From positions 261,516,001-261,580,000 of the forward strand of contig OZ024740.1 in the NCBI GenBank assembly GCA_964016885.1: a DNA stretch of 64,000 nt, in the 5' to 3' direction. A program made the position numbers and the translations under genes. Numbering within the stretch: the stretch's first letter is position 1; every line of letters starts with the position of its first letter. Positions 1 to 12,989 of this stretch are shown in pieces. This DNA is from Eledone cirrhosa. Lineage: Eukaryota. Under the pieces are notes generated by a model. That model saw nothing but the letters and a program-made list of their open reading frames with translations, did not search any database and was not told the DNA's origin.

Positions 1-72
1 AATTTTTTAATATAGGAAACTTGTTCTTTGTTTTTATTTCATTGTTTTTATTAATTTATATATATATATATA

Positions 73-2300
73 ACGCAAGGACAAAAAAAACGGGAGGTGT
101 TCAGATTTGCGAGACTATGTGTCAAGGAAAATTGGGATATTGTTGGGGAGAAGTGTGTCCGTAATGACGATGGTATACTTGCCCTCACTGATAAGAAGGT
201 AGCTTGAATTGTCACTACAAGAGACTACTAAATGAGGAGAATGAATGGAATAAAGTTAGTCTGCCCCAAATTGACCCAACAGAAGGATTAGCTGTGTGAG
301 TTAATGGTAGTGTAGTAAGTAAGTCAATCAAAGATATAAAGACAGGCAAGGCAGTTGGACCTTCGGAAATAGTTGCTGAAATGTTGAAAGCATCTGGAAT
401 GGTGGGACGTAATATGGTCACCCGGATAGTAAACCAAGTAATACAGAATGGGGTCATACCAAGTGACTGGCGTAGCAGCAGCATCCTCAACTGTTACAAG
501 GGCAAAGGAGACCCTTGATAGAGGAAACTATAGTGGCATTAAGTTAGTTGACCAGGTCACATAAAGAGTTATAACTCATCTGATTAGAAACCGAATTGAT
601 TTAGATGAAATGCAGTTTGGGTTTGTGCCAGGTAAAAGTACAACGGATGCTCTCTTCCTTGTACGGCAACTACAGATGTACCTATCTAAAATTAAACCCC
701 TCTACTTAGCTTTGTTGACTTGGAGAAAGCCTTTGACGGAGTCCACCGCTCCTTAATCTTGGTAGAAAGCTAAGAGTAGATGAGTGGCTTGTGAGAGCTA
801 TACAAGCCATGTATAGAGGGACAGTCAGCAAGGTTAGAATTAACAATGACTATAGTGAAGAATTTAGCGTAAAAGTAGGTGTTCACCAAGGCTCCGTCCT
901 TAGACCCCCTCCTGTTTATTATTGTCCTACAGGCTATAACAGAAGTGTTTAAGACTGACTGCCCATGGGAGCTTCTATATTCCATTGATCTAACTCTCAT
1001 AGCTGAATCTATGGCTGAACTAGAGAAGAAATTCCAAACATGGACGCATAGCATAGAATCAAAAGGCCTTAAAGTTAACTTGTCTAAGACTAAAGTTCTA
1101 GTATTTGGAAAGAAGAATAGGGCACAGGTGTCCCCCTGGCAAATGGCCATGCTCAGTGTGTAAAAAGGGAGTAGGTAGAAATTTCATTTATGCCCCAAAT
1201 GCAAACTATGGGTACATGAAAGATGTAGTGGGATCACAGATAAGCTATCTAAGAACGTAGTTTTATATGTGGCCGATGTTCAGGTACAGTAAGTTGCAAG
1301 TGCCCACAGGATACTAGCGCCGTCAACAGTCCAGATAGTTCTATAGAAATAGTAGACACTTTCTGTTACCTGGGTGATAAAATCAGCAGTGGAGGAGGGT
1401 GTTCTGAAAGTACAGCATCCAAAGATAGAATGGGATGGAAAAGTTCAGAGAGCTAATACCACCGTTGGCCACAAAGTGTTTTTCTCTAAAAGTGAAAGTC
1501 AGATTGTATGATGCTTGTATACGAACAGCGATATTACATGGTAGTGAGACCTGGGCGTTGTGTGTTGAAGACTTGCGTAGATTAGAAAGAAATGAAGCTT
1601 GCATGCTCCGATGGATGTGAAATAGTAATGTGCGTGAAAGGCGATGCATGAACGAATTAAGAGGGAGACTAAGCATAAGAGGTGTCAAATGTTGTGCATG
1701 AGAGGAGATTGCGTTGGTATGGACATGTGATGTGTATGAAGGATGACAGCTGTATAAAAAAGTGCAGGGCAATGAAAATTGATGGAAGCTACGGAATGGG
1801 TAGACCAAGAAAAACCTGGGACGAGGTGATAAAAACTGACTTTGCTCACTTACACCTCTCTAAGACAATGTCACTGGATCGAGATCTTTGGCGCCATACA
1901 GTTGTACAGAAGACCCGCCTTCCCTTGCATACAAACCTACAGTCAGTAGGCACCTCTTAACTCAATATACACCCCACAAACCCTACACCATACCCCCCAT
2001 TTCCGTCCACTGTAAAGTGGTCATGTAGGTGACACGACAAAAAGCACCCCATTTCACACTGTAAAGTGGTCGTGTAGGAGACACGGAAAAAGGCTCCCAG
2101 TCCACACTGTAAAGGTGGTTGGTGTTAGGAAAGGCATCCAGCCGTAGAAAACCTGCCAGAAACAGTTCTGTACGAGCGAGTCACGAGCTCCCGACCTATC
2201 TCGTCTCAAGAGGGACAACAGTTTCCAATCCATGCTAGCGTGGAAGATGGACGTTAAACGACGATGATGATGATGATGAGGATGATGAGGTTGATGACGA
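73..2300 (+). mobile_element. RTE-clade non-LTR retrotransposon, 5'-truncated and degenerate (RT pseudogene, 3' UTR, (GAT)n tail)
   Basis: Frameshifted RT motifs: QFGFVPGKSTTDA (~610-650), DLEKAFD (~716-737), VGVHQGS (~874-897), LYDACIRTAILHGSETW, RRLRWYGHV, GRPRKTW. Ends in GACGTTAAACGACGATGATGATG. (TA)n on both sides. Confidence 0.9.
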
Positions 2301-2460
2301 TATATATATATAGAGAGAGAAATTTAGAATTCTATTTCTCGCCCTTTACATTTATATATATATAAATATATGCATCGGTAAAAGGCCGGAATGTTATATC
2401 CGTAGTAAGCAGAGCACTCAGTCCAGAGGACGAGTTCGATATAGAGTTAGTTCCTCAACA

Positions 2461-2564
2461 AATTAGCAAACGATATTCAAGGACGTGCGTTTCACTGGAC
2501 AGATTTTCAACCCCAACTGTTGAAAATCTGTCCAGTGAAACGCACGTCCTTGAGTACGGTTTGC

Positions 2565-2568
<4 letters not shown>
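2461..2568. repeat. Fold-back hairpin (~50-bp arms) containing the 3' half of an HHR-like motif
   Basis: TCAAGGACGTGCGTTTCACTGGACAGATTTTCAAC-ccaact-GTTGAAAATCTGTCCAGTGAAACGCACGTCCTTGA; GAAAC-GCAC-GTC resembles an HHR stem III and cleavage triplet. Confidence 0.75.
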
Positions 2569-2623
<55 letters not shown>

Positions 2624-2633
2624 CCTCTCTCTC

Positions 2634-2700
<67 letters not shown>

Positions 2701-2744
2701 AGTATGTACACGTACATACTTATATATATACAGACGTACAGTAG

Positions 2745-2782
<38 letters not shown>

Positions 2783-2927
2783 CATGCACACACACATATA
2801 TATAGATGTACGTATGGATTCACCGAACATTTATTATAATGCTCGGTGTGTTTGTAAACAAACATCCCGTATTAAGCCGTAGTGTCTAGCAACCATCGTT
2901 GCTCGTTTGTTCAACACTGACAAAGGA

Positions 2928-2970
2928 ACGCTGTACTAGTTTCAAGCTTATTAGCTATCGTCAGCAACGT
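2928..2970 (-). ncRNA. Minimal type I hammerhead ribozyme (family A)
   Basis: Reverse complement reads ACGTTG CTGACGA T AGCT AATA AGCT T GAAACTAGTA CAGCGT; stem I ACGUUG/CAGCGU; palindromic stem III ACUAGU; GUA triplet. Confidence 0.85.
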
Positions 2971-3121
2971 ATATCTTCCTGCCAGATTGTTGAACGTATA
3001 TACTTACCTTATGCATATTAACGGCTGAGTAGCCCAATTTGCATATCGAGTGGGTTAATCGGCCGGGTGCACCGAAAACGATAAACGGAAAAAATGAAAC
3101 GAAATTTCATTTCCCACTCTT

Positions 3122-3166
3122 AGTACGGCTGACGATAGCTAATAAGCTTGAAACTAGTACCATATT
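3122..3166 (+). ncRNA. Junction-spanning hammerhead ribozyme with an alternative stem I (family A)
   Basis: AGTACGG CTGACGA TAGCTAATAAGCTT GAAACTAGTA CCATATT; 6 of 7 stem I positions pair. Confidence 0.65.
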
Positions 3167-3309
3167 CCTTTGTCAGTGTTGAAAAAAACGAGCAACGATG
3201 GTTGCTAGACACTACGGCTTAATACGGGATGTTTGTTTACAAACACACCGAGCATTATAATAAATGTTCGGTGAATCCAGACGTACATATATATATGTGT
3301 GCATGTATG

Positions 3310-3341
<32 letters not shown>

Positions 3342-3563
3342 CATACTACTGTACGTCTGTATACATATATCTATGTACGTGTACATACTTATATTTAAGT
3401 AACAGCCGTACTAAGAGTGGGAAATGAAATTTCGTTTCATTTTTTCCGTTTATCGTTTTCGGTGCACCCGGCCGATTAACCCACTCGATATGCAAATTGG
3501 GCTACTCAGCCGTTAATATGCATAAGGTAAGTATATACGTTCAACAATCTGGCAGGAAGATAT

Positions 3564-3606
3564 ACGTTGCTGACGATAGCTAATAAGCTTGAAACTAGTA
3601 CAGCGT
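3564..3606 (+). ncRNA. Minimal type I hammerhead ribozyme (family A), predicted cleavage after A3600
   Basis: ACGTTG CTGACGA TAGCTAATAAGCTT GAAACTAGTA CAGCGT. Confidence 0.85.
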
Positions 3607-3879
3607 TCCTTTGTCAGTGTTGAACAAACGAGCAACGATGGTTGCTAGACACTACGGTTTAATACGGGATGTTTGTTTACAAACACACCGGGCATTATAA
3701 TAAATGTTCGGGTGAATCCATACGTACATATATATATGTGTGCATGTATGTATATATATATATACATACTACTGTACGTCTGTATACATATATGTATGTA
3801 CGTGTACATACTTATATTTAAGTAACAGCCGTACTAAGAGTGGGAAATGAAATTACGTTTCATTTTTTCCGTATATATA

Positions 3880-4508
3880 TATATAATATTATAAAGCTGA
3901 GTGTCGTGTGTATGTATTATGTATGTATCCTACACACACTCCCTATAGTTTCTTAGCTTTACTCTCTCCGTCGCTATTCCCTCTCTCTATAATAGATCAT
4001 TTCCCCCTCTATAATTTAACTGCTTTACCCTCTGTCTCTCTTCACTCTCTATTTGACAACCCTCTTTTACTTTCCGTAGAGATGAGCGTCGTATGTAAAT
4101 TCGGTCAACACGTATGTATCCTAAACACCTCCCTATAGTTTCTTAGCTTTACTCTCTCTGTCGCTCTTCCCTCTCTCTATAATAGATAATTCCTCCTCTC
4201 TATAATTTAACTGCTTTACTCTCTCTGTCGCTCTTCACTCTCTAATATTATAAAGTTGAGCGTCGTCTCTCTCTCTCTCTCTCCCTCTTTCACCCTCTCT
4301 ATAATTTAACTGCTTTACTCTCTCTGTCGCTCTTCACTCTCTAATATTATAAAGCTGAGCGTCGTCTCTCTCTCTCTCTCCCCCTTTCACCCTCTCTTTC
4401 TTCACTCTCTATATGACAGCAGGTAATACATACATCAAAAGGCAACCCTCTTAGAGAGACAGAGAGTGAAAGAGACAGATTAGTAAAACTACACACACAC
4501 ACACATCT

Positions 4509-4554
<46 letters not shown>

Positions 4555-4953
4555 CAGGAGAGAGAGAGAGACAGGGAAAGAGAAACAGAGGGACGGGCAA
4601 GCAGCTAATACATACATCTAAAATCATTTGGATACAAATATCAAATATAATGGTTGCAGAACGAAAATACAGACAAATATAATAATGTATGTATCCCACA
4701 CACTTTTTCTTTCGTCGCTCGCATAAGTAACACACACACACACACATACACAGACACATACACACACACACACACACACTCACACACACACACACACACA
4801 CACACAAATACACATACTTTCACACCTGATTTCACCAACTGCCGGATAACATCAAAACAAAACACACAGACACACACATGCACATACACACATACACAAA
4901 CACACATACACAAACACATACACAAACACAAACACACACACATATCTATACTT

Positions 4954-4985
<32 letters not shown>

Positions 4986-5122
4986 TGTATGTATGTATGT
5001 ATGTATGTATGCAAGATCATTCCCCCTCTATATAATTTAACTGCTTTACTCTCTCTGTCACTCTTCACTCTCTATATGATAACACTGTTTTGGTTTCTGT
5101 ATCTCCCCTTCAATATATATAC

Positions 5123-5185
<63 letters not shown>

Positions 5186-5348
5186 GAGAGAGAGAGATTT
5201 AGAGAAAGATTAGGAAAATTACAGACACACATCTACAGAGAGAGACAGAAAAACAGAGGGAGGGGAAAAAGAGAGAGATAGGCCGTTAGACAGAGAGAGA
5301 TACAATTAAAGTGTTAGTTATTCAGAGAGAGAGAGAGAGAGAGAGAGA

Positions 5349-5379
<31 letters not shown>

Positions 5380-5480
5380 TCGGAAGGACAAATGTGACAC
5401 GGGAGGGTGTGTGGTATCTTTGCAGTGGAGTGGAGGCGGTAGGTATACCTAGCCGAACGCCAGCCGGACGGGCCAGCTAG
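3880..5480 (+). mobile_element. Non-autonomous Helitron with internal minisatellite and microsatellite expansions
   Basis: 3' GC-rich subterminal segment ending GCCGGACGGGCCAGCTAG followed by TATA; internal repeats (CTCTATAATTTAACTGCTTTACTC) shared with the helicase-bearing Helitron at 22090-23420. Confidence 0.65.
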
Positions 5481-5499
5481 TATATATATATTCATGTAT

Positions 5500-5957
5500 G
5501 TATGTTCTTCTGGTTTTATAATTTCACAAAGTTTTACCATTAGAGAGAGTGTCGGTTTCTAACATAGACACAAGACTCTCTCATTGGAATTTACACAACA
5601 TCAACTAGGTAGATATGTATGCATCCATGTGTAGATATGGATGTTATTGTATGTGTGGATGTGTATGTTTTGAGTTGTATGTGTGCATGTGTATATGCTT
5701 TGTATCTGTACATGTGTATATGCAGTTATTAGATGCAACATTTTTGGAATGTTTTACATATTTTTACTGTTCCATTAATGGATTGTACTTGTAGTTTCCT
5801 AACTAGTTGTGTTCTTTCTGTTCCTGTGAAGCCCAGCTTCTCAAGATTTGTATTGAGGCAGTTACTAACATACCCCAGTGCCCCAATAATCACAGGCATA
5901 AATCTGAAGGTATAGTCAGAGTGGAGTATCTGCAGATTTCTCATTAGTTCTGCATAG
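5500..5957 (-). mobile_element. 3' fragment of an R4/Dong-like RLE non-LTR retrotransposon
   Basis: YAELMRNLQILHSDYTFRFMPVIIGALGY...ICKTF resembles an RLE C-terminus; followed by a 3' UTR hairpin; bounded by (TATG)n/(TA)n. Confidence 0.7.
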
Positions 5958-5981
5958 TATGTATGTATGTATGTATGTATG

Positions 5982-6357
5982 TTTTCTCTTTCTCTTAATT
6001 TCGAGTATATTTTTTTGACCGGCCACCTTCCTGGTGGCAAGGTTGTAAAAGAAAAGAAATTGTCATCCCTTGAATCGCAAGAATGTTTTGCATATTTTGA
6101 AGGTGCCAGCTATCGCAGCCATTTGTAGACTATGAATTAGGAAGCTGCGCCTTTTGTCCGCAAATCCAAGTTCGGTCATACTTTGGTCCAAGCGGGTTGG
6201 TATATAACCCGTAGCACCAATAATGATGGGTATGAAGCTAAAGGTGTATCTTGGATACTGGATTTGTAAGCTCCTCATCAATGGTCCGTAGATGTCCTCC
6301 TTCTCCTGTATTTTTCTGACAACGTTTACATCAAGTGGGCAGCTGATCTCCACAACA
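5982..6357 (-). mobile_element. Second, diverged R4/Dong-like RLE 3' fragment running into the gap
   Basis: EISCPLDVNV...EKEDIYGPLMRSLQIQYPRYTFSFIPIIIGATGYIP...KICKTFL; 3' end abuts (CATA)n. Confidence 0.7.
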
Positions 6358-6557
6358 NNNNNNNNNNNNNNNNNNNNNNNNNNNNNNNNNNNNNNNNNNN
6401 NNNNNNNNNNNNNNNNNNNNNNNNNNNNNNNNNNNNNNNNNNNNNNNNNNNNNNNNNNNNNNNNNNNNNNNNNNNNNNNNNNNNNNNNNNNNNNNNNNNN
6501 NNNNNNNNNNNNNNNNNNNNNNNNNNNNNNNNNNNNNNNNNNNNNNNNNNNNNNNNN
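6358..6557. other. Assembly gap (200 N)
   Basis: Run of exactly 200 N, probably a placeholder of unknown true size. Confidence 0.99.
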
Positions 6558-6992
6558 TTACACACACAGAAATGTATATATATTTCTGTGTGTATATATA
6601 TATATATATTACAGACACACAGAAATGTATATATGTTTCTGTAGCACTCCTCAATTCCCCCCTCTCCCCCTCTTTCTTTCACTCTCACTCTCTCTCTACG
6701 CGTGCGCAAAAAACATTCGCACGCGCGCACGTGTTTTAGCGTCTATTCACTCTCTCTCTCTCCCTCTCTCCCTCCCGCTATCCCCCTCTCGTAGTCTGTC
6801 TCTTTCTTTCACTCTTTCTCTACGCGTGCGCAAAAAACATTCGCACGCGCGCACGTGTTTCCACTGTCGGACAGACAGACAGAGAAATTGGTAGATATAT
6901 ATTATAAGGAGATAATGTTATCATACATTAGAATATAAAATTAAATCAAATTATTTAACACTACAAGTGAAGTCATTCTTTTCCATTTTTTC

Positions 6993-7079
<87 letters not shown>

Positions 7080-7463
7080 TGATGGTAGCTAAGATGCTTC
7101 CATTGGCGGTATGCCGGTTGAGCACTCTATGATCTTACAGAGCAGAGTATGATATAATAGAAAACGAAAAATCAGTGATGCATCTGAACTCAATTTATTG
7201 TGTTACAATTGTTTCGCCGGCGTACAGCTCGAGATGTGATCATTGTGTGGATCTGTCTGATTCTGGACCCGCAGGTTCGACGGACACGTCTAATGATTTC
7301 GGAGCATATTCTCTCACAGTGAGAGAATATGCCCCGTGTCCGTCGAACCTGCGAGTCCAGAATCAGACAGATCCACACAATGATCACGTCTCGAACTGTA
7401 CGCCGGCGAAACAATTGTAACACAATAAATTGAGTTCAGATGCATCACTGATTTTTCGTTTTC

Positions 7464-7470
<7 letters not shown>
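7080..7470. mobile_element. Fold-back element family B (arms ~7152-7288 / 7335-7470) with a core-mutated long-stem-II HHR at 7336-7423
   Basis: Near-perfect inverted arms; homologous to 24855-25047; GTGT CCGTCGA ... GAAACAATTGTA ACAC AATAAA. Confidence 0.8.
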
Positions 7471-7520
<50 letters not shown>

Positions 7521-7734
7521 TGGAAGCTTAGTAGAATCGAAGCTTTGGCTGTGGCCAAGCAAAGTCGACCTACAATTAGGAATGAGTAGCAAAGCACTCA
7601 ATAAGAGTAGGTCCTCAGAGTAATAACATTACGTTTAGATAGCTTGACAAATTGAAAATTGCGGCAGGCAAACCCCAACCATACAATACCAAAACAACAA
7701 AAAAACTAATCAGGTTAGACAAATATATATATAT

Positions 7735-8635
7735 AAATGAATGAAAAATGGCGTGCTGTGTTGTTGCATTTGTGATATACAAATTAAAATAAACAATTAG
7801 AAACCGGGACCATCCATCATCAGTGATCTACTAGCCATCATAGGTATTTCTTCGCATTAAAGACCAGATACCTCAGGCTAGCGCGAACAATAACTAAAAT
7901 AAGTTATTGGGATTAAAAGAATTGGGTGGAGAAAGAGAGAGAGGTGAACAAACAAGAATGGTGAGGCAACGTAAAGAGAGGAAAAATGAGAAAATCAAGT
8001 CAGTGATTCATTTGAACATAAGAACTTGCGAACAATGACGAGATGATGGATAGTCCTGTTTCTAATTCTTCATTTTAATTTGTATATCACATTTGCAACA
8101 ACACAACACGCCATTTTTCATTCATATATGCTTTTCCTCTTCGCTGTGACCTGTCTTTTTTCTCTTACCTTACTGCTATCCTCTTTCTCTCTCCCTCTTC
8201 TCTCTCCTTCTCCCTCTTACTTTCATTCTCCCCCTCTGCTAGTCACCCTCTCTCGGCTAGCCTCTTCCTCACACTTTCATTCACTCATTCTCTGCTACTC
8301 ACCCTCTCTCACTTCCTCCAGCGTCCGGCACCGTGCTAAATTCTTTTCTCGTTCACTTTTCGCACGGTACGGATGGTCTTTCGTCTTCTCGTCAATGTTC
8401 GCAAGTTCTTATGTTCAAATGAATCACTGACTTGATTTTCTCATTTTTCCTCTCTTTACGTTGCCTCACCATTCTTGTTTGTTCACCTGTCTCTCTTTCT
8501 CCACACAATTCTTTTATCCCAATAACTTATTTTAGTTATTGTTCGCGCTAGCCTGAGGTATCTAATCCTTAATGCGAAGAAATACCTATGATGGCTAGTA
8601 GACTGATGATGGATGGTCCTATTTCTAATTCTTCA

Positions 8636-8640
<5 letters not shown>
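7735..8640. mobile_element. Family C: inverted copy (7735-8043) plus a direct ~565-nt monomer; HHR-like core degenerate
   Basis: 7795-8043 is the reverse complement of 8386-8630, and 8042-8125 the reverse complement of 7735-7822; CTGATGA-TGGATGGTCC lacks a GAAA; (TA)n flanks. Confidence 0.75.
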
Positions 8641-8674
<34 letters not shown>

Positions 8675-9814
8675 TATATATTATTTGTATATATATATAT
8701 AATATATATATTATATATATATATATATCTTTTAGTGGTATGCAAATAAACATTGTTAATAAGAGGATGCCAAACGTTGGCGGGATTTGAACTCGTAACG
8801 TATGATGATAACGGCGAGTATGATGATCACAATGCCACACATAGAAAAGGAATAATTCATTTGTACAGAAACAGGATGAAAGAATAATAATAAAAAAGAA
8901 ATAAATAGAAATGTTTTCTTAAGTTGTTTATAATATCTACTGTATATATCCAGATATCAGTCTGAAGTAGTTTAAATACGATACTTTCATTGCCAGTAAA
9001 TGTATGCGTGTAGCTTTAATGCCTTCAGATTGTAAGACTTCAAAAGATAATCCTGTAGAGTATGTACATAGATATCCAGCATTATCTAGAAGGTCAATTG
9101 GCGATATAAGTGGTTTCATTTCATGCTGAGTTTCCTCAGAAAATGTCATTGTTCGTCGGACGCCATCTTGCTATTTCTATATGCATTTCTTCCTTGCTAT
9201 TTTCTTTATTTTCATTTACTGAGATGAAATATATTGAAAACGGTTGACCTCCATAGGTAGATATTGATTTCTTCGGACTAGGCACAAGGTTAATTTATGT
9301 AAAAATGTATAGTCAGTCTAACATCAAGAGATTCTTATATCGACTAGACCTCACCATATTCATACTATCAATTTTCTTATCTACCCATCCATCTATAGCT
9401 CTGTGATGTGCTGAATTCAAAACATTTTCTGGACACATCAGGATTTAATTGTCATATTTATCACATACCCCAATGAGTGCTACTCTCCCCCACAACCATT
9501 CTCACTACACAATGGAACATCCCAGACACATCTGTCATTCTCTGGTCCACACCTCCCACGCCTCCCCCTATCCCCTCCCTTAACCCAGTGCAAGATTTCC
9601 TGCCAGTTTATCACAATGACAGATTTGGCCATAGTACTACCAAGACAGCTAGTGAATTAATTCTACTCATCCTCACATAACATCCAAAGAGAAAAAAAAT
9701 ATTTTTCTTAACCCTAATACACTCTTCAGAAAGGCTTGCTGAACACAAGCCGAAACCGCTTGGCATCGCAGAAGTTTTAACCCCCCCCCTCTCTCTCACT
9801 ATATATATATATAT

Positions 9815-10585
9815 CAAATGAAAAAAACGGAGTTAGGGAGTTAGAAACTCGCGTTAATTACCTGTAATTTAATGAGTTCAAGGAATAAGTATCGGGCTCT
9901 TCATAATACAGTATATAGAGAAGAAAACATAAGAGTGAGAAGCAGAAAGTCTATGAAATGAGTAGAAAATACATATTAATTAAAAGAGTAAATCAAAATG
10001 TATGGACTAACCTTTATAACTATAAAACACCTGGACAAACTCTAAAAAGAGAATGATTCTTATCTATATACTTTGTTATGAAGAGCACGGTACTTATTCC
10101 TTGAGCTCATTAAATTACAGGGGATTAACGCGAGTTTCTAACTGTTTTTTTTTATTTGATATTTTGGCTCCTAACTAATTTCTTTATGTTAGTTGAGCTT
10201 CTTGCATTGAATGGTTATAGGCTGCTGTTTCTAGCGGTATGTTTTTATCCAATCAAGCCACTATGTACTGTCTAGTGCGCATGTTTTCGTCTCTTCTTTC
10301 ACCATGTGGTATATTTCAGTTGTCTGTTAGAAGTGTTGAACTATACTGTCTTTACACCTGTTGAGAAGCCCTGCGAGGTATAGTATCGGCGCTTATTATG
10401 GCGAAACATTCTCTTCTTAGAGTTTGTCCATGTGTTTTATAGTTATAAAGGTTGGTCTGTACATTTTGATTTACTCTTTTAATTAATATCTATTTTCCAC
10501 TCCTTTCGTAGACTTTATTCTTTTCACTCTAGTGGTTTTCTACCCCTCGTAATTGAAAACATACCGTTTTATGTTTTCTTCTTTA
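9815..10585. mobile_element. Family D: inverted circularly permuted copy (9815-10055) plus a direct ~530-nt monomer
   Basis: The inverted segment joins the end (CATTCTC...TTCTTCT) to the start (TATATACT...ATTTGA) of the direct copy; degenerate HHR-like GCC...GGCGAAAC at ~10358-10410; (TA)n flanks. Confidence 0.7.
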
Positions 10586-10907
10586 TATATATAAATATCA
10601 ATTTACTGAAGATATATAAATATATACACAAGTATAGACATACATATGGGATACTCCGACAGATACCAAGTTGGTTAGATGAAGGAATTAATAAAAACAA
10701 CTATTCAGAACATAATACAAATTAATCTGGGAAAAGCAGCCTTTTCAGTTGCCATTGTCCACATACCTTCTGTAGGACGCCAATCACGTGATAATTCTCA
10801 CCTTTTAAATTTCGCGGTTAGCGAACAACTCAGTCGAATTTCTTTCTCATTTGAAAATGTTCCCTGATGATTTGAGATTTTCACAGCTCATGCTTTGACA
10901 CACACAC

Positions 10908-11016
<109 letters not shown>

Positions 11017-11023
11017 CGCACAC

Positions 11024-11119
<96 letters not shown>

Positions 11120-11223
11120 AAATAGTAGAGAGGAAAAAGATTTTTTGAGTAAAAAATGCTGAACAGATTCTTTCAGTATAATATCAAGACATTTATTTAT
11201 AAAGTGGATATTTCTGCATTTAA

Positions 11224-11260
11224 TAATACCGGTTTCAGCATTATGTGCTTTTTCAACTGC
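11224..11260 (-). ncRNA. Degenerate minimal HHR with U3-A8 core variant
   Basis: Reverse complement: GCAG TTGAAAA AGCA CATAA TGCT GAAACCGGTA TTAT; stem I imperfect. Confidence 0.55.
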
Positions 11261-11305
11261 GGACATGCATAATGTTGCATATTTATACGAATAATAAAAA
11301 ATATT

Positions 11306-11339
<34 letters not shown>

Positions 11340-11344
<5 letters not shown>

Positions 11345-11630
11345 ATACTTGGGGAGGGTCATATTGTTGTAATAATATTGCCAGAATTAATAACAGACAG
11401 AACACACTCAGTTTGGTTGGTTTTCGGTTCTGTATCTTATATATCAATTAATTTATTCGGTCCTCAATGTTGCCATTGACTCACCAACGGTAAAAAATAC
11501 AGATATAATATAGACACAAACACATATATATAGTCTAACAAAGTTCTTTCGTTGCACATCTGCAACATCGTCAGTGGTGCTATTATGTTCCTTCTGTTGT
11601 ATTGCATATCTACGCCAACTTTATTTAATC
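11340..11630 (-). mobile_element. Solo PLE pseudo-LTR related to the 16070-18568 element; HHR at 11537-11578
   Basis: Shares TGTTATACTT(G/T)GGGAGGGTCAT and AAAGTTCTTTCG; reverse complement ACCA CTGACGA T GTTGCA GATG TGCAAC GAAAGAACTT TGTT. Confidence 0.7.
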
Positions 11631-11679
11631 TGTATATATATATATATAAATATATGTTATGTATATATATTTATATAGT

Positions 11680-11962
<283 letters not shown>

Positions 11963-12160
11963 GTGTGTGTGTATGTGGTTGACGACTGAGAGAAAAGAGT
12001 AGTCAGTACCGAAGTAAATTTGATATTCATTTTATTAAATAGTGAGTCTTGTTAATCTGGAGTTTCGTCTGTGATAAACAGAGTAACAGAATTCACTATT
12101 CAGCCCTAATAAAATGAATACATTCATACACACACACACACAGATATATATATTTATATA

Positions 12161-12206
<46 letters not shown>

Positions 12207-12210
12207 TATA

Positions 12211-12262
<52 letters not shown>

Positions 12263-12270
12263 TATATGTG

Positions 12271-12341
<71 letters not shown>

Positions 12342-12943
12342 AGATGACTTTTATGTAGTTTATGAACGTAATTCTCCCCAAGACTAGTTTTGTAATAATC
12401 TTAGAGCATATGAAGATCAGCAGTCCTGCACCTGCTGTTAGCACATGTCACAAATGGAAATATTAAGAAATGATAAATGACATCTCTTTTCTGAATTAGC
12501 TCTGCCGAAGAGACAGTTGCTAAATACAGCGAAGGAGCTCGTATGTTTCTGCTTAGTGTATTGTTAACAAGTGGCTAATATTCTCTGCATTCATGCCTGC
12601 TATTCTATCTAGATAAATGCATACATACATGCATACATAATACAAACTTTGATTTAAAAAAAAAGTATTTTTACACACACACACAATGAAGGACCAGCGT
12701 CCGAAACATTAAGACCCTCTTCCTGCTATATCAAGCGTTAACCTAATATATACCTTCCATATACTGTACCGATTGTGTTGTTATTTCTGTTTACCTTTTA
12801 CATACATATATATATATGAATATATGTATAGTAGATTTGGCAATATACTGTATGTTTAATTAAAAACATTTTCAGGACTTTGCGCAATTATTTAAAAGTA
12901 GTGACTATGTCACTTACTTCTTTTTTCAACAAACAAAGGGAGA

Positions 12944-12989
12944 TAAGCTGACAGATCTGTTTCACACTGTTGGTGTTCATCAGAGCCTA
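12944..12989 (-). ncRNA. Type I hammerhead ribozyme, canonical core (family E)
   Basis: Reverse complement: TAGGCT CTGATGA ACAC CAACA GTGT GAAACAGATCTGTC AGCTTA; palindromic stem III ACAGAUCUGU; GUC triplet. Confidence 0.9.

Larger units (their letters stand above)
2698..3871. mobile_element. Non-autonomous HHR-bearing element family A (retrozyme/PLE-like): inverted copy 2698-3131, then ~1.7 direct tandem monomers of ~441 nt
   Basis: CTGACGATAGCTAATAAGCTTGAAACTAGTA occurs at 3129 and 3570 (441-nt spacing) and in reverse complement at 2934-2964; flanked by (TA)n; another copy at 18642-19150. Confidence 0.85.

Noticed and set aside
9720-9770. HHR-like GGCTTG...CAAGCC GAAAC motif
   Set aside because: The core and stems I/III are too degenerate to call; probably an old PLE end.
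12685-12720. ATGAAGGACCAGCGTCCGAAAC HHR-like remnant
   Set aside because: The 5' core is truncated by a (CA)n tract and there is no stem I.
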